NCBI GenBank assembly: GCA_965368975.1
Contig: CBDUPA010000034.1
Coordinates: 1 to 33,958, forward strand
Reading direction: 5' to 3'
DNA from: an uncultured bacterium
GTDB lineage: Bacteria; Acidobacteriota; Thermoanaerobaculia; Multivoradales; JAHZIX01
DNA: 33,958 nucleotides
A model generated the notes under the pieces. The model was not told the origin of the DNA, searched no databases, and was given only the letters and a program-made list of their open reading frames with translations. This document shows positions 8,641 to 16,541 of this stretch, piece by piece; within the stretch, counting starts at the first letter, position 1; the number at the start of each line of letters is the position of its first letter. The position numbers and the translations under genes were made by a program.

Positions 8641-10226
8641 GCACGACCGCCGTATCGTCACCGAGGGGCACACCTGGGCCGGCACAGAGCGGTACCACGC
8701 TCGCCAGCCGCTTCGAGGCCTGGTTGGATAAGCTCGATGATCGCGTCAACCCGATCGTGGTCAAGGAGCTGCGGCAGGCGGTCCAGGGCCGGTTCCTGTC
8801 CAGCATGCTGCTCTTCTTCCTGCTGTTGCAGGTGCTGGTGGTGGGCATGTTCCTGCTTGCCGGGGCCGGCCAGAACGGCCAGGCGAGCGGCCAGGAGAGT
8901 TTTCTGACGCTGCAGGGCATCCTGCTCTTCATCGCCTTCTTCTTCCTGCCCATTTCGGTGGTGGTGCGACTGTTCCGCGAGCGGACGGACCAGAACCTGG
9001 ACCTCATGTTCATCACCACCCTGTCTCCCGCCAGCATCATTCGCGGCAAGTTCTTCGCTGGCTTGGTCCTGGCGTTGCTGCTGTTCAGCGCCTGTATGCC
9101 GTTCTTGGTGCTCACCTATTTTCTGCGCGGCATCGACATACTGTCCATCCTGATCATCGTCGTTTCCAGCTTTGCCGGCGTGGCACTGGCTCTGCTGGCA
9201 GCGATTTTCGTCGGCTGTCTGGTGCGCCACCCGGTGCTGCGGGTGCTGGTCGGCATCGTCGGCCTGATCGACCTGTTCACCGCCTACACCTTCCTGCAGG
9301 CCGGCCTCGGGGTACTGCTCGCTTCCGGTCTGGGTAGCCGGGCTGACGATTGGAGCGTCTTGGGCTGGGCCACTGCCTGGTCGTTGATCGTGGCGCTGGC
9401 AGGCAGCGCTCTCTTTGTGCTCTCGGTAGCGCTGATCACGCCGGTGACGGCCAACCGCGCGCGACCGGTTCGCCGCTACTTCACGTTCGCCTGGGGGCTG
9501 TCGTTGGCGCTGGCAGTCAGCATGGTTCTCCTGCTCGGTGAGGAAGAGATCTTGATGGTGTGGCAGGCCTGCGCCGCTGTCTTCGTGGCGCTGGCGCTGG
9601 TCGTGGCGGTGTGTGCGCCCGATCTGCCGAGTCGGCGCGTGCTCAGCAGTCTTCCGGACCCGGACCAGCAGCGTTCCGCCTGGCGGCGGCGCTTCGAGTT
9701 CGTTCTCGCCAGCGGTGCGGCTGGAGGCCTGGTCTGGGGGGTGCTGCTCGGTGGTGCCACGATCGCCGCCGGTACCCTGGCGTCGGTCTTGCAGCTCGGC
9801 GGTGCGGGTGCCGTGCAGGAGCTCGCCGAAGCGACGGCGCGCACGGCCGGGTTCCTGGCCTACTCCCTGGCCTACGTGCTGCTGGCCCTGGCCCTGCAAC
9901 GTCGATTTCTGCTGCGCCGCATCTCGCGCAAGCAGACCTGGTTGATCGTGCTGGTCCTGGTCTCGGCGAGTATGGTGTTGCCGCTGATCGTGGCGCTACT
10001 GATCAATCCCGGCGGCAACATCGAGTGGGCCTTGCTGCTCTCGCCGTTCGGCATCTTCGCCGAAAGTCTGCTGCTCGAGGCGCTGGTGATCGCCGGTGTC
10101 GGGGCGTTGCTGATGGTTCTTCTGCACGTGTCGTGGCTGTTGCAGCAATTCAAGGCTTTCCGGCCGCCGAAGTCCGCTCTCGCGCCGGGTCCCGTGTCGC
10201 TGCCCGACGACGCTGGAGACGGTTGA
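8637..10226 (+). CDS. ABC transporter permease-like polytopic membrane protein
   Basis: ATGA overlap with the ATPase stop. 'NPIVVKELRQ' and 'RERTDQNLDLMFITTLSPASIIRGK' are ABC-2-type permease motifs. About a dozen hydrophobic helices. Confidence 0.85.
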   Translation: MSTTAVSSPRGTPGPAQSGTTLASRFEAWLDKLDDRVNPIVVKELRQAVQGRFLSSMLLFFLLLQVLVVGMFLLAGAGQNGQASGQESFLTLQGILLFIAFFFLPISVVVRLFRERTDQNLDLMFITTLSPASIIRGKFFAGLVLALLLFSACMPFLVLTYFLRGIDILSILIIVVSSFAGVALALLAAIFVGCLVRHPVLRVLVGIVGLIDLFTAYTFLQAGLGVLLASGLGSRADDWSVLGWATAWSLIVALAGSALFVLSVALITPVTANRARPVRRYFTFAWGLSLALAVSMVLLLGEEEILMVWQACAAVFVALALVVAVCAPDLPSRRVLSSLPDPDQQRSAWRRRFEFVLASGAAGGLVWGVLLGGATIAAGTLASVLQLGGAGAVQELAEATARTAGFLAYSLAYVLLALALQRRFLLRRISRKQTWLIVLVLVSASMVLPLIVALLINPGGNIEWALLLSPFGIFAESLLLEALVIAGVGALLMVLLHVSWLLQQFKAFRPPKSALAPGPVSLPDDAGDG

Positions 10227-10227
10227 G

Positions 10228-11181
10228 GTGGCGGCGGACGCGGGCTTGGCGGCGGTCTCTGGCGCCGTGCCAGCGGCGCTGCGCGAGGGAGAGCGGCTAG
10301 CGCGCGGCTACCGGCTGGCCATTCCACCGGCGCGTGCCGGCGGCCGGCTGGGGGAGCACCTCGGTCGGCGTGCCGGCAGCTCGCTGGAATTCCAGGAGCA
10401 CCGGGACTACCAGCCCGGCGACGATCTGCGCCACATCGACTGGAACGCCTTCGCACGTAGCGACCGCCTGACCGTCAAGCTCTACCGCGAGGAAGTGACG
10501 CCGCACCTGGACCTGATGCTCGACGCTTCACGCTCGATGGCGACGGAGGAAACGAAGCTGCGCGCGGCGGCCGGGCTGACGGCGCTGTTTGCCGGTGCCG
10601 CGGCGGTCAGTGGCTTCACGCGTACCGTCTGGCAGGCGGGGCAGCGCTGCACGCGCGTGCCCGGCGGTAACGGCCCGGTGGCCGGCTGGCACGTCGGCGC
10701 CGACGACGCTGGGCGTGGCGGGCTGAGCTTCGACGAGACGAGCCCTGGCCACGGCCTCGCCGCTACACCGCCGGCCTGGCGTCCGCGCGGCCTGCGCCTG
10801 CTGGTCAGTGACTTGTTGTGGCCCGAGGAGCCGGCGGCGGCGCTGCAGGCCTTGCTGCGTTTCGACGCCGCGGCGGTGATCGTGGTGCAGGTGTTGAGTC
10901 GCGCCGAGGTCGAGCCGCGGCTGGAAGGTAATCTGCAGCTCGAGGACGCCGAGACTGGCGAGCAGCGGGAGCTCTTCCTCGACGCCGAAGCCCTGTCCCG
11001 CTACCGCCGCGCCCTGGCCGCGCACCAGGAGCGCTGGCGCCGCGCTTGCCGGGATGCCGGCGCTTCCTTCGTCAGCTTGACGGCCGAGCAGATGCTCGGA
11101 CTGGAACCGTCGGTCGGTGGGCGCACGGGCGTCTGGGCGTTGCAGCCCTTGATCGCGGCGGAGGTGCTGTCACCGTCATGA
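10228..11181 (+). CDS. DUF58 domain protein (vWA-like MoxR partner)
   Basis: GSSLEFQEHRDYQPGDDLRHIDWNAFARSDRLTVKLYREE followed by LDASRSM and LLVSD. GTG start 1 nt after the previous stop. Confidence 0.9.
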   Translation: MAADAGLAAVSGAVPAALREGERLARGYRLAIPPARAGGRLGEHLGRRAGSSLEFQEHRDYQPGDDLRHIDWNAFARSDRLTVKLYREEVTPHLDLMLDASRSMATEETKLRAAAGLTALFAGAAAVSGFTRTVWQAGQRCTRVPGGNGPVAGWHVGADDAGRGGLSFDETSPGHGLAATPPAWRPRGLRLLVSDLLWPEEPAAALQALLRFDAAAVIVVQVLSRAEVEPRLEGNLQLEDAETGEQRELFLDAEALSRYRRALAAHQERWRRACRDAGASFVSLTAEQMLGLEPSVGGRTGVWALQPLIAAEVLSPS

Positions 11182-13325
11182 ACCTGGGTATCTATGGCGT
11201 GCTGGCGTTTCCGTGGGGATTGGCCTTTCCGTGGGGATTGGCGTTCCCGTGGGGATTGGCCGGCCTCGCCGCGTTGCCGATCCTGGTCGGCATCTACCTG
11301 CTGCGTCGACGCTACCGCCGGCAGCTGGTGTCCAGCCTGCTGCTGTGGCGTGACCAGCCCGATCAGCGCGAGGGCGGCCGGCGCGTCGATCGCCTGCGCA
11401 TGCCGCCTTCGCTGTGGTTGGAGCTGCTGATCCTGGCGCTGCTCGCCGTCGCCGCCGCGGCCCCGCTGCTGCGCACCGGCGAGGCCGAGATCCCGCTCGC
11501 CGTCGTGCTGGACGATTCCTTCTCGATGCGCGCGGGAGAGTCCGGCGATCGCGTGCCAGGCGAGGTCGCGGCTCCGGGCACCCTCGCCGCCACCTCGCCG
11601 AGGCAGCGTGCCATCGCCGCCGTGGTCGATCTGCTGGCCACCGGCGGCTACCAGCCGGTGTACCTCGTGCTGGCCGGTGAAGTACCTCAATCGTTGGGTA
11701 CGCTTCCGCTGAGGGGCCCCCTTCCGGGAACCGGATCGTCCGACGCACCGCCGGGGCAGCTCGAACACCCCGACGGTAGTCTCGACGTCGAGGCTGTGCG
11801 CCGCTATCTAGACGAGCGCTGGCAGGCTGGTTCCGCGACGACCCACCTGGCTTCGGCCGTAGCTCTCGCGCACGATCTGGTCAACGACCTGGCGGGGCGT
11901 CAGGGCCACGTTCTGGTGCTCACAGACCACGCCCCCGCCGAGCCCCCGTCGCAGCAGCGCTGGTGGTCCTTCGGCCGTTCGTCCGCCAACCTGGCCTTGA
12001 CGCAGGCCGTGCGCTCGCACTCGAACTCGACAGCAGCCTCTCCCGGGAACAGTGCCGAGGACTCTTGCCTGGTCGAGATGACCTACTTCGCCACCGCGAC
12101 GGCTTCGGCACAGATCGTTGACGCCGTGCTCGATGTCGATGCCGAAGGACGTCCGCGCCGCCAGCTCGAAGCCCAGCTGGAAGCGGGCGTGCCGCGGCTG
12201 CTGCGGCTGCCGGTGCCGTCCGGGCTGCCGGTACGTTTACACCTGCACGCCGCCGCGGACTCCGACGACACCCTCGACGCGCTGCAGCCCGACAGCCGGG
12301 CCGACCTGCTGCCTGAGCCCTTCCGTGGTGTGCGCGTCCAGCTGGACATCGCCGACGATCGCTCGCGCCAGCTCTTCGAGCGTGCACTGAACGCCTCCGG
12401 CCGCGCCCTCTTGAACACGCCCCTGGAGGGGCAGGACGCAAGCGGCGAGCGCACGGCCGAGCCGCGGCTGCGCATCACGGACCGCGACACCTCGGCCACG
12501 GCTGCAGATGTCGCCGCAGAAACCAACTCGGGCGACGTCTGGACCCTGCGTCTGCGGCGCGATGCCGATGCCGTGTCCTACCTGGGGCCCTTCGTGCTCG
12601 ACCGCGGTCATCCCCTCACCGACGGGCTCGCCCTCGGCGGCGTCATCTGGGGCGCCGGCCGAGCCGCCAGCCGGGCAGAGGGCGACGGCGTCCTGCCTGG
12701 ACGTGCCCTGATCAGCGCCGGAGACGTGCCCCTGTTCTCGGACTTCGAGACCGCGAGCGGCGGTCATGAGCTGACCCTGCGTTTGCGAGCCGACCTGTCC
12801 AACCTCGACCGCGCGCCCGACTGGCCGGTGCTGGTGTGGAACCTGCTGGCCTGGCGTGCCGGTGAGGCGGACGGGCTGGAGCGTGCAAACGTGCGTCTCG
12901 GCGACGCCGCCCGTCTACGTCTGCCCCTGTGGCTCGACGGCGCCGTCCGGGTCGTCTCGCCCGACGGCCGGGTACGTGATGTGCCAGTACCCAGCGGACG
13001 GGTGCTACGTCTGCCCGCAGACCGCCCCGGCGTCCATCAGGTCCAGGCCGGGAGCCTGCAGACCCGCTTCGCCGTCAACGCCCTGGCCGCCGAGGAGTCG
13101 GACTTGCGCCAGGCCGCCACCGGCCGTTGGGGCAGCTGGTCCACCAGCGCCGATCGAGCCTGGGGCGCTGGGGCGGACAGCGGTGACTGGCGCTACCGCT
13201 CCTATGCCTGGTTGCTGCTGCTGACGGCGCTCGTTCTGCTGCTGGTGCACGCGGTGCTGTTCCTGCTGCCGCGTCCGTCGCGGGCGCACGCAGATCGTCG
13301 CGGTGGCGAGAGGGTACGCGTATGA
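11178..13325 (+). CDS. BatA-domain / vWA-domain membrane protein
   Basis: ATGA overlap at 11178-11181. N-terminal BatA-type 'ALPILVGIYLLRRRYRRQLVSSLLLW...LLILALLAVAAAAP'. MIDAS-like VVLDDSFSM and VLTD. 'EESDL' motif and a C-terminal TM helix. Confidence 0.85.
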   Translation: MNLGIYGVLAFPWGLAFPWGLAFPWGLAGLAALPILVGIYLLRRRYRRQLVSSLLLWRDQPDQREGGRRVDRLRMPPSLWLELLILALLAVAAAAPLLRTGEAEIPLAVVLDDSFSMRAGESGDRVPGEVAAPGTLAATSPRQRAIAAVVDLLATGGYQPVYLVLAGEVPQSLGTLPLRGPLPGTGSSDAPPGQLEHPDGSLDVEAVRRYLDERWQAGSATTHLASAVALAHDLVNDLAGRQGHVLVLTDHAPAEPPSQQRWWSFGRSSANLALTQAVRSHSNSTAASPGNSAEDSCLVEMTYFATATASAQIVDAVLDVDAEGRPRRQLEAQLEAGVPRLLRLPVPSGLPVRLHLHAAADSDDTLDALQPDSRADLLPEPFRGVRVQLDIADDRSRQLFERALNASGRALLNTPLEGQDASGERTAEPRLRITDRDTSATAADVAAETNSGDVWTLRLRRDADAVSYLGPFVLDRGHPLTDGLALGGVIWGAGRAASRAEGDGVLPGRALISAGDVPLFSDFETASGGHELTLRLRADLSNLDRAPDWPVLVWNLLAWRAGEADGLERANVRLGDAARLRLPLWLDGAVRVVSPDGRVRDVPVPSGRVLRLPADRPGVHQVQAGSLQTRFAVNALAAEESDLRQAATGRWGSWSTSADRAWGAGADSGDWRYRSYAWLLLLTALVLLLVHAVLFLLPRPSRAHADRRGGERVRV
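11203..11261 (+). repeat. In-frame 18-bp tandem repeat encoding (LAFPWG)x3
   Basis: TGGCGTTTCCGTGGGGAT / TGGCCTTTCCGTGGGGAT / TGGCGTTCCCGTGGGGAT plus a partial fourth unit. Confidence 0.9.
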
Positions 13326-16297
13326 GCGGGGCAAGGGACGGCTGGGGCGCCTGGTTCGCTGACTTCGTCGGTAACTGGCTCAGTGGTTGGCCGGTCGGTG
13401 TGCTCGAGCCCGTCTGGTTGCTGCTCGTCGTGCCGCTGGCTTGGGCCTGGTGGCGTTGGCGTCCGCCCGGTCGCACGCTGGCCATCCTGCGCGCGCTGCT
13501 GCTCGCCGTCCTGGTGCTGGCGTTGTGCCGGCCCGCGCTGCGCCTGCCGAGCCGGACGGGCAACCTGATCGTGGTCGTCGACCGCAGTGCCTCGCTGCCG
13601 GAGGACGCCCCGGCCAGCGCCGTCGAGGTTCTCAACCTCTTACAGACGGCCCGTCCGGAGAGTGCCCCGGATCGAGAGCAGGACCGCCTGGGTGTCGTCG
13701 CCTTTGGCGAGCGAGCCGCGGTCGAACAGACGCCACAGAGGGGGCGCTTCGGTAGTTTTGTGCACGATGTCGGGAGCGACGCTTCCGAACTCGGCCAGGC
13801 GCTCGACGCCGCCATCGCCCTGCTGCCGCCGGAGACGCCCGGCCGCGTGCTCGTGCTCTCCGACGGTCTGTGGACCGGCGTCGACCCTGCTGCCGCGGCT
13901 GGCCGGGCGACGTTGCGCGGCATTCCGATCGACTTTCGCCTGCTCGAACGCTCGGGTGCCGGTGACCTGGCGGTCGAGGATGTCGAGCTGCCGCGTGAGG
14001 TCAGCCCCGGCGAGGGCTACCTGATCACCGCCTGGGTGCGCTCGCCGGTGTCGCAAGAGATCGACGTCGAGCTACGCCGCGGCGACCAGGTCCTCGCCGC
14101 CGGCCGCCGCGCCGTTCCCGCCGGCCGCAGCCGCCTCACCTTCCGCGATCTGGCCGGCGCGCCCGGCACCTACGGCTACCAGCTGAGCGTGCGACCCGCG
14201 CCGGATGCCGACGCCACAGCCACGGACGCTGCCGCTCCTGACGCCCGTCCGGATCGGCGTCCCGATCCCCGGCCCGAGAACGATATCGCCCGCCTGCTGC
14301 TGTCCGTGCGCGGTCCACGCCCCGTGCTGGTGGCCAGCGACAAGACCGCCTTCGCCGAGCTGCTGCGCGCCGGTGGCCTCCACGTCGAACGGCGATCGCC
14401 GACGCGGCTCGACTGGAGCCTCGCCGAGCTGTCGCGCTACTCGGCCGTGGTGCTCGAAGACGTGCCGGCGCACTTCCTGGGGACCGGCGGCATGGAGACC
14501 CTGGCCGTCTGGGTGCGCGACGGTGCCGGCGGGCTGATGACCACCGGCGGCCCGAACGCCTACGGCCCCGGCGGCTACTACCGCTCGCCACTGGAGGCGG
14601 TGCTGCCGGTATCGATGGAACTGCGGCAGGAACACCGCCGGCTGAGCCTCGCCGTCGCCGTCGCGCTCGACCGCTCGGGCAGCATGGCGGCGCTCGTCCC
14701 AGATGGTCGCACCAAGATGGACCTGGCCAATCTCGCCACCGTCCAGGTGCTGGATCTGCTCACCCCCATGGACCAGATGGCGGTCATCGCGGTCGACAGT
14801 CAGCCCCACGTCATCGCGCCGCTCGACGACGTCGAGGTCTTGCGCGCCGCGCGCGGTGCCATCCTCCAGATTGAGTCCATGGGTGGCGGTATCTTCGTCT
14901 ACGAAGCCCTCCTCGCCGCCGTCGACCAACTCGCCACCTCGCAGGCAGGCGCCCGTCACATCGTCCTCTTCGCTGACGCCGCCGACGCCGAGGAACCGGG
15001 CAACTACAAGGCGCTGCTAGATCGCTGCCGCGAGTCCGGCATCACCGCCAGCGTCATCGGCCTGGGTACACCGCAAGACGCCGATGCCCCGTTGCTCGAA
15101 GACATCGCACGCCGCGGCGGCGGTCGTGCCTACATCACCGAGAGCCCCTACGACCTGCCGCGCCTGTTCGCGCAAGACACCTTCATCGTTGCCCGCTCCT
15201 CCTTCGTCGAAGAGACCACCGCCGTCCGCGCCACCGCCGCCCTCAGCGGCCTCACCGGCCGCGCGCAGCTGCCGGATGTTCCCAGCGTTGGCGGCTACAA
15301 CCTCACCTACCTACGCCCCGAAGCCAGCCTCGCCGCCGTCAGTCAGGACGACTACGAAGCCCCGATGGTCGCTTCCTGGCAGGTCGGCCTCGGTCGCGCG
15401 CTGGCTCTAACGACGCAGGTCGACGGCCCCCACACTGGCGACTGGGCTACCTGGACCGAAGCCGGTGACTTCCTCACCAGCCTGGCCCGCTGGACCGCCG
15501 GTGAGAGCGGCGACCTACCGCTCCTCGTGCGCCAGCGCCTGGACCGTGGCTTGCTACGCGTCGAACTGCACCTAGACCCCGACCGTCGCGGCGATCCCTT
15601 CCGCGAACTACCCCAGCTCACCGTCCTACGCGGCCGTCCCGGAGCGGCACCCGAGACCCGCGTCTTGACCCCCAAGTGGGTCACCCCCGATCAGCTGGAA
15701 GTCCAGGTCCCCCTGCACGGCGACGACGTCGTCCTGACCACGTTGGATCTCCCCGGCGCCGGCCAACGCACCCTCCCCGCCGTCCGCCTGCCCTACAGCC
15801 CCGAACACCGTCCAGCTCCCGCCGGCAGCGGCCTGGCCGCCCTGGAACGCCTGGCTCGCGCCACCGGCGGTCGTCAGCGCGTCGATCTGAAAGAGATCTG
15901 GAACGAGTTCCCGCGTCAGCCCAAGTGGATCGAAGCCGGTCCGTGGCCGGTTCTGCTGGCGATCGTGTTGCTGTTACTTGAAGTTCTGGAGCGACGGACC
16001 GGCCTGGTGACGGCAGCCGTGCGCAGGCTTCCAGCATGGCGCTGGCGTCGAGGTGAACGGCGAGCGCGTGTAGAGGCGGAGAAGCCGGCACCCAAGAGGC
16101 GTCCAAGGCCGAAGCGGCAACGTCGAGTCGAGAGCGTGAAAGCTGAAGCGGCGCCGGAGAGTCAGAGCAAGGGTGAAGAAGTGCCGGAGGTGGCGGTGGA
16201 CGAGCGGGGGAGCGGAAAGTCAGAGGAGAAGGACGCCGGTGTCGTCAGTGCGCTGGGTAAAGCACGTCAACGGGCGCGTCAGAGGGTGGAGCGGTGA
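13322..16297 (+). CDS. Double vWA-domain membrane protein with an Ig-like and a GATase1-like domain
   Basis: ATGA overlap. MIDAS motifs VVVDRSAS and ALDRSGSM. GATase1-like 'YSAVVLEDVPA...WVRDGAGGLMTTGGPNAYGPGGY..SPLEAVLPV'. N- and C-terminal TM helices and a basic C-terminal tail. Confidence 0.9.
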   Translation: MSGARDGWGAWFADFVGNWLSGWPVGVLEPVWLLLVVPLAWAWWRWRPPGRTLAILRALLLAVLVLALCRPALRLPSRTGNLIVVVDRSASLPEDAPASAVEVLNLLQTARPESAPDREQDRLGVVAFGERAAVEQTPQRGRFGSFVHDVGSDASELGQALDAAIALLPPETPGRVLVLSDGLWTGVDPAAAAGRATLRGIPIDFRLLERSGAGDLAVEDVELPREVSPGEGYLITAWVRSPVSQEIDVELRRGDQVLAAGRRAVPAGRSRLTFRDLAGAPGTYGYQLSVRPAPDADATATDAAAPDARPDRRPDPRPENDIARLLLSVRGPRPVLVASDKTAFAELLRAGGLHVERRSPTRLDWSLAELSRYSAVVLEDVPAHFLGTGGMETLAVWVRDGAGGLMTTGGPNAYGPGGYYRSPLEAVLPVSMELRQEHRRLSLAVAVALDRSGSMAALVPDGRTKMDLANLATVQVLDLLTPMDQMAVIAVDSQPHVIAPLDDVEVLRAARGAILQIESMGGGIFVYEALLAAVDQLATSQAGARHIVLFADAADAEEPGNYKALLDRCRESGITASVIGLGTPQDADAPLLEDIARRGGGRAYITESPYDLPRLFAQDTFIVARSSFVEETTAVRATAALSGLTGRAQLPDVPSVGGYNLTYLRPEASLAAVSQDDYEAPMVASWQVGLGRALALTTQVDGPHTGDWATWTEAGDFLTSLARWTAGESGDLPLLVRQRLDRGLLRVELHLDPDRRGDPFRELPQLTVLRGRPGAAPETRVLTPKWVTPDQLEVQVPLHGDDVVLTTLDLPGAGQRTLPAVRLPYSPEHRPAPAGSGLAALERLARATGGRQRVDLKEIWNEFPRQPKWIEAGPWPVLLAIVLLLLEVLERRTGLVTAAVRRLPAWRWRRGERRARVEAEKPAPKRRPRPKRQRRVESVKAEAAPESQSKGEEVPEVAVDERGSGKSEEKDAGVVSALGKARQRARQRVER

Positions 16298-16541
16298 GGG
16301 AGAAGCGGGAAGTTCTTGGGAGTGTCGAGTCTGAGGTGGAGGTCGAGGTTCGAGAAGTTTGGATTCGGGAAGTGCGTCAGCGGGCTGCGGCTGTGGATTC
16401 TGGGGAGATGGAGGTCTTGTCTGCTTCTGAGGCGCGTCGGAGGATCTTCCGGCTGCCTGGGTGAATGGTATGAGTCTTCCTTGTCTCTCTTGCGATGGTC
16501 GAAAGAGTCGAGTGTGTTCAGGCCCTAGAATTTGTATCTCA

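Noticed and set aside
16298-16541. Purine-rich gap between the convergent vWA and STAND genes, including ORFs 16316-16528 and 16220-16681
   Set aside because: No RBS-supported, protein-like ORF and no clear terminator or repeat that I can support.
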